Shown here: positions 9,886 through 18,457 of the stretch, one piece after another
How the letters are laid out: each line of letters begins with the position of its first letter
How positions within the stretch are numbered: position 1 is the first letter of the stretch
NCBI GenBank assembly: GCA_035758845.1
Contig: DASTVZ010000227.1
Span: 20,491 to 84,490, forward strand
DNA: 64,000 nucleotides
Direction: 5' to 3'
Origin: Vicinamibacterales bacterium
Lineage (GTDB): Bacteria > Acidobacteriota > Vicinamibacteria > Vicinamibacterales > 2-12-FULL-66-21
Notes under the pieces: generated by a model
Database searches by the model: none
What the model was told of the DNA's origin: nothing
Seen by the model: only the letters and a program-made list of their open reading frames with translations
Program-made: the position numbers and the translations under genes

Positions 9886-10874
9886 CTCGTCGCGACCGGC
9901 TGCTGGCTTCTCTCAGTGTCGCGACTCCAATCGGTGTGCGGCGCGTGATTCTCGACGAGCCAGCCATAGACGAGGCGCCCGTAACTCTGCCAGCGCATCT
10001 GTTTGCGCTCGAAAAAAGGAGTCAGTGCCCGCTGGAGAGCCGGCAGTCGATAGAAGGGCACGCCGGGGAAGTAGTGATGCTCGAGATGGTAATTGGAGTT
10101 CAGAAACGCGAAGTCCCAGAACCAGTGGCCTTTCATCAACGTGCCCCACTTTGCCGGGTCGTTCGGGTCGATGTCGTAATGCTGCCCGAGACGATTCAGG
10201 GTGAAGGCAATCGGGAAGACGAAAAACACCGGGATGATGCTCGTGCGAAGCGCGGTGTAGAAACCGAAAAAGTACCACAGCAGCGCGAGCGCCGTCAGGT
10301 GCGCCGCGATCGAAACCTTGCGCTCCCACCCGATCCGATGCTGCAGCTCCTCCGGATACGTGGACGATTCCCGCCGCGCCGCGCGGAAGTAGATCGGAAA
10401 CAAGGCAGGTGTGCAGTACAGCAGTTTGAACCAGCGCTTATTGACTTTTGGCGACAGGTGATGGCGCTTGGGATCGTCCTCGTCCGATCCGAGCTCGGCA
10501 TGATGATCCAAATGCCACCTCGTGAACTGGCTGGCCGAGATCCCACTTGGAATCGCATAGAGCAATCCGAGGATCCGCTCGGCCACCGGCCGGCGCCGTG
10601 TGAAGACCGTGTGATGCACGACCTCGTGGAGAAGGATCGTGAAGTCAAAGACCGTGAATCCCTGAACGAACGCCAGCGGTATCCAGATCAGCGGATTCTC
10701 CAACCGAATCAGGCCCCACGTGGCGAGCGCGAGAATGCCGAACTGTCGAGCTGCCACGATGAAATGCCGCCAGGCAGTCTTCTGGTGGAGCTCGCGCAAC
10801 TGGTCGCGCGAGATCGCAGCGCCCAGCTCAGCTCGGAGCGCGACCGCATGCTGCGAGTAGTAGTGGGATTTCAC
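9879..10874 (-). CDS. Fatty acid desaturase family protein
   Basis: Three histidine boxes (HEVVHH, HLDHH, HLEHH) and hydrophobic segments. Confidence 0.85.
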   Translation of the reverse strand: MKSHYYSQHAVALRAELGAAISRDQLRELHQKTAWRHFIVAARQFGILALATWGLIRLENPLIWIPLAFVQGFTVFDFTILLHEVVHHTVFTRRRPVAERILGLLYAIPSGISASQFTRWHLDHHAELGSDEDDPKRHHLSPKVNKRWFKLLYCTPALFPIYFRAARRESSTYPEELQHRIGWERKVSIAAHLTALALLWYFFGFYTALRTSIIPVFFVFPIAFTLNRLGQHYDIDPNDPAKWGTLMKGHWFWDFAFLNSNYHLEHHYFPGVPFYRLPALQRALTPFFERKQMRWQSYGRLVYGWLVENHAPHTDWSRDTERSQQPVATSR

Positions 10875-10950
10875 GGTGTTCTTTCATTTTAGCCGGGATC
10901 CGTCCCTCGACAACGCTCGGGACGCCCTGAGCCTGTCGAAGGGCGGTCTG

Positions 10951-10975
10951 CGGGATCCGGTGTCCGGAATCCGGG
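10951..10975. repeat. GGATCC-rich 25-nt intergenic motif, copy 2
   Basis: CGGGATCCGGTGTCCGGAATCCGGG, 2 nt from the EamA stop. It is preceded by a GCCCTGAGCCTGTCGAAGGGC palindromic stretch. Confidence 0.6.
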
Positions 10976-10977
10976 CG

Positions 10978-11952
10978 TTACTCGGGATTCGGATTCGGCA
11001 CCTTCACGCGCGTCAGGGCGACGCCGACCAGCACCGCAGCCGCTCCGACGATTTTTCGAAAACCCAACGGCTCGTGCAGAAATAGAGTTGCCGTCGCCAT
11101 GGCGACCAGGGGAACCAGATTCGAGTACACCGACGTGCGCGCGCTTCCAATCTGACGAACCGCAGCGTACCAAATCGTGTAGGACAAACAGAGGGCGAAT
11201 AGGGCTGAATACACAATGGCAATCCACGTTCCCGCCGTGACGCGAGCCCACGCGACAGCTCGAATCTGAGGAAACACAGCCGCGATGTATAGCGCCGTCC
11301 CTAGGGCCATCGAGATTCCTGTCACCGCCAGCGGCGAGTGCCGTGTCATCAGCGGCCGCGAGCCGAGCGTATAGATCGCCCAGCAACACACAGCACCAAA
11401 CATCATCAGATCGCCGACCCACGTCGCGCCGCCAAGGTGAACGCCCGCACCGACGACGATATAGATTCCCGCAAGCGACAGGAACACACCAACCCAGTGC
11501 GTCGGAGTGATCCGCTCCTCGCCAAGCGCCGCGCTGATGATTGCGATGAGCACCGGAGCGCCCGCCAGCATCACTGCCGCATTGGCGACGCTCGTCCTGG
11601 CCAGTCCGCCGACAAACCAATACTGGTAAAGACTCTGGCCGACGACGCCGAGCGCGGCGAGGCCGACTACGTCGCGTTTCGACATTCTCGAAGGCGTGTA
11701 AAGAACGCTCGCCAGGGAACCGTCGGCACCCGGTTCGGAAGGCCACCTCCGGATCGCCACCATCGCGGCAACGAATACCGTCGATGCCACGGCCATGCGA
11801 ATGGCATTGAATGCCTGTGGATCGATTTCCAGGAAGGCGCGCTTGACAATGACGTAGTTCGTCCCCCAGATGAGACTCATGAGGAACAGCAGCGCGTCGA
11901 TGCGGCGAATGTGTAGCAACGTCTGGAAGGGAGCGCGGAAAAAAATGGCCAC
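10978..11952 (-). CDS. DMT superfamily transporter (EamA-like, two EamA domains)
   Basis: 324-aa ORF with about 10 hydrophobic helices and the N-terminal motif LIWGTNYVIVK. Confidence 0.8.
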   Translation of the reverse strand: MAIFFRAPFQTLLHIRRIDALLFLMSLIWGTNYVIVKRAFLEIDPQAFNAIRMAVASTVFVAAMVAIRRWPSEPGADGSLASVLYTPSRMSKRDVVGLAALGVVGQSLYQYWFVGGLARTSVANAAVMLAGAPVLIAIISAALGEERITPTHWVGVFLSLAGIYIVVGAGVHLGGATWVGDLMMFGAVCCWAIYTLGSRPLMTRHSPLAVTGISMALGTALYIAAVFPQIRAVAWARVTAGTWIAIVYSALFALCLSYTIWYAAVRQIGSARTSVYSNLVPLVAMATATLFLHEPLGFRKIVGAAAVLVGVALTRVKVPNPNPE

Positions 11953-12029
11953 GCCAGCTCAGGGATACAAGCGGCTGAAGTATCCACTGTGCCCGGCGTG
12001 GCCTGCCCGGACGCGATTTCGATCGCTGG

Positions 12030-12375
12030 TTAGCCGCTGAACGGCTTGAAGAAAAACAGCAGGAACGAAATCAGCAGCACGTAAATGACCAGCGATTCGA
12101 TCAGGACGAGACCAAGGATGAGCGCGCCGCGGATATCGCCGGCCGCCCCCGGGTTGCGCGAGATGGCTTCAGCAGCTGCGCTGACCGCCTTCCCCTGCCC
12201 GAGCGCGGCGAGGCCTGCCGCGATACCCAGCGCAAAGCCGGCCGTGATGATCGACCACTTGGCGATCTCGAGGTTCAAGGAGGAGGCCTCCCCGGCCGGA
12301 ACCTGCGCGAACACGGGCGCAAAGATGCCACCCGCAAGGACCAGTACGACTGTCAGGACGAAACGTTTACTCACG
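12030..12375 (-). CDS. atpE: F0F1 ATP synthase subunit c
   Basis: ORF 12030..12443. GTG 12375 is preferred because GAGGAGG lies 8 nt upstream. Motifs GQGKAVSAAAEAISRNPGAAGDIRG and LIESLVIY (the carboxylate helix). Confidence 0.85.
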
Positions 12376-12446
12376 ACCCAAGCCTCCTCTGAAATCTCTC
12401 TCGTGCAACGGCTTCCAAACTGATGGAAAACGGATGATGCCAACGA

Positions 12447-13259
12447 TTACGCGGCCGCCGGCGCCTGATGCCCGCTCGGCGCGTCGTGACCGTGTTCATC
12501 TTCATGATGCTCGACGGCGACCGCTCCCTGCAGGTAGATGATCGACAGCAGCACGAAGATGAATGCCTGCAACGCTCCCGTAATCAAGCCGAGAAACATC
12601 ATCGGCAACGGAACCAGAAATGGAATGAGCGTAAACAGAATGAGGATGACCATCTCCTCGCCGAAGATGTTGCCGAACAACCGCAGCGACAACGACAGCA
12701 CGCGCGAGAGATGGCTGATGATTTCGATGAAGAACATCAAGGGTGCCATCGCCACGGGCGATCCCGGCGGCATGGCGAAGTGCTTGATGTAATTGAAGAC
12801 ACCCTGCTCTTTGACGCCGTTGAAGTGGTAGTAGACCCAGGTCGTGATCGCGCAGCCGAGCGTCACGTTGATGTTGCTGGTCGGCGCCATCAGACCCGGC
12901 ACGAGTCCCATGTAGTTGCCGAACAAAATGAAGATGCCGAAGGTGGCGATGAGCGGCAGGTAATTGCGCCCCTTCGGCCCAATCCATTCCTCCAGCAGGT
13001 TCAGGACGGCGGTGAGCGCATCTTCGAACACGATCTGCAGCTTGCCGGGGTTCTCGACGCTCAGGCGCGATCGGATGATGATCGAGAGCACGGTGAGCAC
13101 CGCGACAATCAACATCACCATCACGAGGTAGTTGGGAATGACCGCCCCATGCTCCGCCTGGATGTGGAATCCAAGCGCTTCGAGTGCCGCCTTGACCGGC
13201 GGACCCAGAAGGGCATTGACCACATCCACAATCCAGAGCGGGTGTTCCAGCTTCTCCAT
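12447..13259 (-). CDS. atpB: F0F1 ATP synthase subunit a
   Basis: 270-aa polytopic ORF with the conserved LSLSLRLFGNIFGEE (essential Arg helix). Confidence 0.9.
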   Translation of the reverse strand: MEKLEHPLWIVDVVNALLGPPVKAALEALGFHIQAEHGAVIPNYLVMVMLIVAVLTVLSIIIRSRLSVENPGKLQIVFEDALTAVLNLLEEWIGPKGRNYLPLIATFGIFILFGNYMGLVPGLMAPTSNINVTLGCAITTWVYYHFNGVKEQGVFNYIKHFAMPPGSPVAMAPLMFFIEIISHLSRVLSLSLRLFGNIFGEEMVILILFTLIPFLVPLPMMFLGLITGALQAFIFVLLSIIYLQGAVAVEHHEDEHGHDAPSGHQAPAAA

Positions 13260-13288
13260 TCAGCTCGGTCGACAGAGATGCCGCGCGG

Positions 13289-13699
13289 TCACGTGCGCGG
13301 CGACGAATCCTTCATGATGAGGAGACGGACGGCTTCAACCGCCACCGCCGCCACTATCGAGGATGCTCCAGCCAGTAGCCCCAAAGGGGGCAGGCGCAAA
13401 CGAGCAATCATAACGTACGCGCCAAAACCGAGTAAAGCGTACCGCAGGGTCAATTTCGTGACCGCCCAGCGCAGTGCGGGACGGCGCGGCGGCGTATCCG
13501 CGACGACCAACCGATCGACCAGCGCGCTCACGCCGGACTGAATCGCGAGATAACTCGCGCCGGCGATCAGGCCGCCACCAATCACCGCGAGCGCGGACCG
13601 AATAGGCGACGGCGAAAACATCAACGCGACGGCCGCCATCAATGCGCAGACGATCACCGCTGTGCGGCCGACGCGTCGCAGCAGAGGATCGGCTTCCAC
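13289..13699 (-). CDS. ATP synthase subunit I-like small membrane protein
   Basis: 136-aa ORF with 4 hydrophobic segments, positioned between the AtpZ-like gene and atpB. The call rests on position and topology. Confidence 0.5.
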   Translation of the reverse strand: MEADPLLRRVGRTAVIVCALMAAVALMFSPSPIRSALAVIGGGLIAGASYLAIQSGVSALVDRLVVADTPPRRPALRWAVTKLTLRYALLGFGAYVMIARLRLPPLGLLAGASSIVAAVAVEAVRLLIMKDSSPRT

Positions 13700-13705
13700 G
13701 CGCGG

Positions 13706-13948
13706 TTATTTGAGAACGCGTCCGGCGGTGCGATAGACGTTCCGAATCCCCGCCGCAACTCCGATCGCGAAGAACACGAGGAACATCCACGGCGCCGTGC
13801 CAAGGAGTTTGTCCAGATACCATCCCAGTGCCGCACCGATCGCAATCGCCAGCACGAACGAGAAGCCAACGGTGATGAGCGGGCCAATCGTCCGCATCGA
13901 GTCGGCCATGGAGGACGTTGCACGCTTCTGAGGGTGTTGATCGTCCAT
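13706..13948 (-). CDS. AtpZ/AtpI family protein
   Basis: ORF 13706..13954. ATG 13948 is preferred (GGAG 5 nt upstream). GPLITVGFSFVLAIAIGAALGWYLDKLLGTAPWMFLVFFAIGVAAGIRNVYR is typical of the AtpZ/AtpI family. Confidence 0.7.
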   Translation of the reverse strand: MDDQHPQKRATSSMADSMRTIGPLITVGFSFVLAIAIGAALGWYLDKLLGTAPWMFLVFFAIGVAAGIRNVYRTAGRVLK

Positions 13949-13951
13949 TAT

Positions 13952-14065
13952 CACTCCGAGGGGCTTCGCCCCTCGGACTCCCCCACACGCTCTCTCGCGA
14001 GCCGCTTCGCCGGCTCGCTCCGTGCGCGTGGCTCGCTTCGCTCCGCTCGCTCGCGTCGTCCTTTG
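13952..14065. repeat. GC-rich REP-like element, copy A
   Basis: CACTCCGAGGGGCTTCGCCCCTCGGACTCC...ACACGCTC(T/G)CTCGCG is shared with copies at 34261 and 47774. It has a perfect 9-bp stem CCGAGGGGC/GCCCCTCGG. The distal half diverges into GCTCGCT-rich sequence. Confidence 0.75.
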
Positions 14066-14096
14066 CGCCGTCTTGCTTTACGCATCAATGCGGAGA

Positions 14097-14354
14097 TCAT
14101 TTCCCTGGAGATGGCACCGGCTTCACGGGCGCCGATCCGTCTGTGCACGGCGCGTCGACGATCAGCCCGGGAGGTGCCTGGGGAACTTCCACCGGCGCCG
14201 CCGGTTTATTGCAATCGTCAGCGGGCTTGGCCGTCAGCAGCCGAATGGCAAGCACACCAAGAAGGATGACGACGGTAACTGTCGCCGCATACAAGAAGTA
14301 GCGCAGCGCCGGCGAACGCGGCTGCCGCTCGCGCCAGAGATCGATCAGCGTCAT
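14097..14354 (-). CDS. Possible small single-pass membrane protein (85 aa)
   Basis: Internal ATG of ORF 14097..14504: MTLIDLWRERQPRSPALRYFLYAATVTVVILLGVLAIRLLTAKP..., with one clear TM helix and a Pro-rich tail. Third-position GC looks high. No family recognised. Confidence 0.35.
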   Translation of the reverse strand: MTLIDLWRERQPRSPALRYFLYAATVTVVILLGVLAIRLLTAKPADDCNKPAAPVEVPQAPPGLIVDAPCTDGSAPVKPVPSPGK

Positions 14355-14495
14355 ACGTGCCACTGGCCTTATCACACACCTGAATTGTCGTCTCGTCAAG
14401 AAACCACAACTCCCTTTGTACCAATAATTTTGAGCGGACTGGCATTCTTGACGCTCTCCGCGCCCCGTGCCTATACTCGACATGAAGAGGGACAA

Positions 14496-15392
14496 ATGAT
14501 TCATGCGATTCGAGCGCTCGCGCTCGCTGCGCTGGTCGCCTTGGCTCCAGTTTCCCAGCAGCAGGAACCCAGGCCTTCGGCCGCGAGCGATGCTCGCACT
14601 CGCGATGTCTACGTCAGCGTCCTGGACTCGAAAGACGCGCCGATAACGGGACTCACGGCTGCCGACTTCAGCGTCAAGGAGGACGGCGCCCCTCGCGAGG
14701 TGCTCCGCGCCGGCCCTGCAACCGCGCCGCTGCAGCTGATTCTGCTGGTCGACGACAGCGAAGCCATGACGCCTGCGCTACAGCCCATGCGCGAAGGACT
14801 GACGAAGTTCGTCGACAAGATGCAGGGACACGGGGAAATCGGGATTGTCACGGTCGCCGAACGCGCAACCTCGCTCGTGCCGTCCACGACCGACCTCAAC
14901 GCCCTGAAGCGCGGAATCACGCGCATCTTCGCCCGTTCGGGCGCCGGCGCCTACATGCTCGACGGGATCGACGAGGTCAGCAAGGGATTTCAGAAACGGA
15001 AGGCCGAGCGCCCCGTGATTGTCGCGCTCTCGATGGAAGGGATCGAGTTCAGCAACCTGCAGTACGACAACGTTCTAAAGACACTCGCGGCGAGCGGCGC
15101 CGCGCTCCATGTGCTGTCGATCGGCAGCCCGAACCGTTCGATGTCCGACGAATGGCGCAACCTCAATATGGTCATCGCTGAGGGCACCAAGGACAGCGGT
15201 GGACGTCGCGACCAGGTGCTGGCAATTTCCGGTATTCCCGAGGCGCTGCTGCGCGTCGCCAACGAGCTGAATAATCAGTACGTCGTGACCTACGGGCGGC
15301 CGGAGCGACTCGTGCCGCCGGAAAAAATTCAAGTCACGGTGTCACGCCCGGGCGTAACCGTTCGCGCACGCACCAAGGTATCTGGAAAATGA
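14496..15392 (+). CDS. VWA domain-containing secreted protein (acidobacterial VWFA-related type)
   Basis: ORF 14022..15392 trimmed to ATG 14496, giving a signal peptide (MIHAIRALALAALVALAPVSQQ). The upstream part of the ORF runs through the REP-like element. Paralogous to the next gene. Confidence 0.75.
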   Translation: MIHAIRALALAALVALAPVSQQQEPRPSAASDARTRDVYVSVLDSKDAPITGLTAADFSVKEDGAPREVLRAGPATAPLQLILLVDDSEAMTPALQPMREGLTKFVDKMQGHGEIGIVTVAERATSLVPSTTDLNALKRGITRIFARSGAGAYMLDGIDEVSKGFQKRKAERPVIVALSMEGIEFSNLQYDNVLKTLAASGAALHVLSIGSPNRSMSDEWRNLNMVIAEGTKDSGGRRDQVLAISGIPEALLRVANELNNQYVVTYGRPERLVPPEKIQVTVSRPGVTVRARTKVSGK

Positions 15393-16303
15393 CTGTTCGC
15401 CGCCTCCTTGCCGTGGTGTTGGCGATTGCGTCGGCAACGACGATTGGCCTTGGTGCGCAGCAGGGGCGATTCCGATCCGGCATCGAGTTGGTCTCGCTGA
15501 ATGTCACCGTCACCGATGGCCCGAAATACGTGACCGGTCTCACCCAGGAAGAGTTCGAGGTTTTCGAGGACGGCGCCAAGCAAACCCTGAGCTTCTTCTC
15601 GCAGGTTCAGCAGCCGATCGCGCTCGCGATTCTTCTCGACACCAGCAACAGCATGGAAGAGAAGCTGGCGACCGCGCAGGAGGCAGCGATTGGATTCGTG
15701 CGCCGCATGAAAAAAGACGACGTCATCGAGGTCGTCGAATTCAACAGCCAGGTCCGCGTCCCGCAGCCGTTCACCCACGACGTGAGCTTGCTCGAGCGCG
15801 CAATCCGTCAGACCAGCGTCAACGGATCGACGTCGCTCTATAACGCCATCTACGTCTCGCTCCGCGCGCTCAAGGACGAACGCGCGAAAAACGCCGAAGA
15901 GATCCGTCGTCAGGCGATCGTCGTGTTATCCGACGGGGACGACACGTCAAGCGTGATCGAGTATGACGATGTGCTGGATCTGGCAAAGCGATCGGAAACC
16001 GCGATTTACGCGATCGGGCTGCGGCAGCAGGAGGCCGGACGCGGCAAGTTCAAGGAAGCCGAGTTCGTTTTGCGTCAACTCTCGCAGGAAACCGGCGGCC
16101 GCGTGTTTTTTCCGACTTCGGTCGCCGAACTGGCGAAAATCTACGAGCAAATCTCCGACGAGCTGGCCAGCCAGTACACCATGGCGTACTCGTCAAAGAA
16201 CCCGATGCGCAACGGTGCGTGGCGTCGCATCGATGTGCGGGTGAACAAGCCCGGACTCACCGCGCGGACGCGACGCGGCTATTACGGGCCGTCCGGCCAG
16301 TAG
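15389..16303 (+). CDS. VWA domain-containing secreted protein (acidobacterial VWFA-related type)
   Basis: 304 aa with a signal peptide. MIDAS-like LLDTSNSM. Ends ...RIDVRVNKPGLTARTRRGYY, parallel to the previous gene (...IQVTVSRPGVTVRARTKV). 4-nt overlap with the upstream gene. Confidence 0.8.
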   Translation: MTVRRLLAVVLAIASATTIGLGAQQGRFRSGIELVSLNVTVTDGPKYVTGLTQEEFEVFEDGAKQTLSFFSQVQQPIALAILLDTSNSMEEKLATAQEAAIGFVRRMKKDDVIEVVEFNSQVRVPQPFTHDVSLLERAIRQTSVNGSTSLYNAIYVSLRALKDERAKNAEEIRRQAIVVLSDGDDTSSVIEYDDVLDLAKRSETAIYAIGLRQQEAGRGKFKEAEFVLRQLSQETGGRVFFPTSVAELAKIYEQISDELASQYTMAYSSKNPMRNGAWRRIDVRVNKPGLTARTRRGYYGPSGQ

Positions 16304-16306
16304 CCC

Positions 16307-17131
16307 ATGCACCTGCTACCGCTTCTGCTCTATGCCGCCGCTGCCGCCGCCTACATCGCACACTTCGCGTGGCGCGATCCGCGCGTCGGGCGGCTGGCGA
16401 CCGGCCTCCTCGCCGGTGGCGTGCTCGCGCACACGTTTCTCATCGGCATGCAGACCGTGCAAGCGGGTCACGCGCCGCTCGTCGGTACGAGCGCGGCGAT
16501 ATCGGCGTTCGTCTGGTTGCTGGGATTGTCGTATCTCTACATCGAGCTGACCTCCGACGAGCGATCGATGGGTGTGTTCATATCGGTGCTGCTCGTGGGT
16601 CTCGACATCATTCCCGCGCTCGACCCGGCGGTCACGCCGCGACCGCCCGTCCTGCAAAGTCCTCTGTTCACCGTTCACGTCATGTCGCTGTTGTTTGCCT
16701 ACGCGAGCTTCGCGCTCGCATGCGTCCTCGGCGTGATCTATGTGCTGCTCTTCAAGGAGATCAAAGCCAAGCAGCTTGGATTTTTTTATGCGCGGCTGCC
16801 GCCGCTGGCGTCCCTCGATCTGATGAACAGCCGCGCGATCACCGTCGGATGGGCGTTTCTGACCATCGGCGTCCTGGTCGGCCTCATCTGGGCGTGGCAG
16901 GTGAAAGGCTCTCCCGCTCCCGATCCGCGTGTGCAGGCGATGTCGCTTGCCGATCCGAAGATCCTCGTTGCGCTGGTGTCGTGGGGAATTTATTCGTTCG
17001 CGCTCTTCGCGCGCAAAGCGGCTGGCTGGAGCGGACGTCGCGCCGCGTACCTTTCGGGAATCGCGTTCGCAGTCGTGCTCCTCAATTTCGTCCTCGTCGG
17101 ATATTTTCTGACGGCGAGCCACAATTTCTGA
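16307..17131 (+). CDS. ccsA: Cytochrome c assembly protein family (CcsA/HemX-like)
   Basis: 274-aa polytopic ORF with a Trp-rich segment (LIWAWQVKG ... VSWGIYSF). It lies directly upstream of hemA, as hemX does in Firmicutes hem operons. Confidence 0.65.
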   Translation: MHLLPLLLYAAAAAAYIAHFAWRDPRVGRLATGLLAGGVLAHTFLIGMQTVQAGHAPLVGTSAAISAFVWLLGLSYLYIELTSDERSMGVFISVLLVGLDIIPALDPAVTPRPPVLQSPLFTVHVMSLLFAYASFALACVLGVIYVLLFKEIKAKQLGFFYARLPPLASLDLMNSRAITVGWAFLTIGVLVGLIWAWQVKGSPAPDPRVQAMSLADPKILVALVSWGIYSFALFARKAAGWSGRRAAYLSGIAFAVVLLNFVLVGYFLTASHNF

Positions 17132-17143
17132 TCTCATCATCTG

Positions 17144-18457
17144 ATGCGCCTCTTTGCCGTTGGATTGAGTCACCGCACCGCGCCGGTAGAACTCCGCGAG
17201 ACGGTCGACTTTGCGCGCAAAGGACTCGAGAACGCACTCGCCGAACTCTCGGGCCGCGGCGCCGGACGCGAGCTGGTCGTGTTATCCACCTGCAATCGCG
17301 CGGAAATCTATGCGGTCGGAGACACCGACGAGACCGCCGAGCAGGTCGGACGATTTTTCAGTGACTATCACGAAATCCCGCACGACCACGTGCGCGACCA
17401 TCTCTACGTCCACCGTGGACCGGATGCAGCACGGCACCTCTTCCGCGTCGCTGCGGGGCTCGACTCGCTGGTGGTCGGCGAACCGCAGATTCTCGGGCAG
17501 GTCAAGGCCGCGTATGCGATCGCGAGCGACGGTCAATTCACCGCCGCGCTGACCAACCGGCTGTTTCATTCCGCGTTCACCGTCGGCAAACGCGTGCGCT
17601 CCGAGACGGGACTTGGCGAAGGCGCCGTATCCGTGAGTTACGCGGCGATTGCGCTGGCAAAGAAGATCTTCGGCGACCTGAATGGACGAGCGGTCCTGAT
17701 CCTGGGCGCCGGGGAAATGGCGAAGTTGACCGGCATCCACTTGCGGGCACAACACGTCAGGAAAATCACGATTGCGAGCCGGACGCTGTCAACGGCGCAG
17801 AATCTGGCAGCACGGCTCGAGGGTGTCGCGGTCGCGTGGGACAGCATCGATCGGGCCCTGTCATCGGCCGATATCGTGGTCACGGCCACTGGCGCCTCCG
17901 AACCGGTGCTCACGCGGGCGCGGGTGGACGAGGCGATGCGTCATCGGCGCAATCGTCCATTGTTCGTGATCGATATCGCGGTGCCTCGCGATGTGGATCC
18001 GGCCGTGGGCCAGCTCGATCAGGTATTCCTGTACAACATCGACGATCTGCGCACGATCGTGCAGGAGAACCTGGCGCGTCGAGGTGCCGAGCTGGCGCGG
18101 GCGGAAGCCATCGTCGACGAAGAAGTCGCCAGATACGCCGCATGGATGCAGTCGCGCGAGATTGTGCCCACGGTGGTCGCGCTCCGGCAACGGTTCGAGG
18201 CGATTCGGCGCGCCGAGCTTCAGCGGCTGGAACCGAAGCTTTCTGGTTTGCCTCCTGAGGCAAAAGCGCGTGTCGACGAAGTGACACGGCTGATCGTCGA
18301 GAAGCTGCTCCTGACTCCGACCGAGCAACTGAAGGCGGTCAGCGACGAGGCGATGATCGTCGCGTATGCGGACGCGCTGAACAGACTGTTCAGTCTCGCC
18401 CAGGACAAAGATCGAGATCAGGTCGCGCCGGAAGAGGAATCGGAGGTGTCGTCGTGA
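17144..18457 (+). CDS. hemA: Glutamyl-tRNA reductase
   Basis: 437 aa. LSTCNRAEIY active-site motif and the GAGEMA NADPH-binding motif. Confidence 0.92.
   Translation: MRLFAVGLSHRTAPVELRETVDFARKGLENALAELSGRGAGRELVVLSTCNRAEIYAVGDTDETAEQVGRFFSDYHEIPHDHVRDHLYVHRGPDAARHLFRVAAGLDSLVVGEPQILGQVKAAYAIASDGQFTAALTNRLFHSAFTVGKRVRSETGLGEGAVSVSYAAIALAKKIFGDLNGRAVLILGAGEMAKLTGIHLRAQHVRKITIASRTLSTAQNLAARLEGVAVAWDSIDRALSSADIVVTATGASEPVLTRARVDEAMRHRRNRPLFVIDIAVPRDVDPAVGQLDQVFLYNIDDLRTIVQENLARRGAELARAEAIVDEEVARYAAWMQSREIVPTVVALRQRFEAIRRAELQRLEPKLSGLPPEAKARVDEVTRLIVEKLLLTPTEQLKAVSDEAMIVAYADALNRLFSLAQDKDRDQVAPEEESEVSS

Noticed and set aside
14022-14495. The N-terminal 158 codons of ORF 14022..15392.
   Set aside because: This part runs through the REP-like element and a promoter-like region. 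The internal ATG 14496 yields a proper signal peptide matching the paralog downstream.
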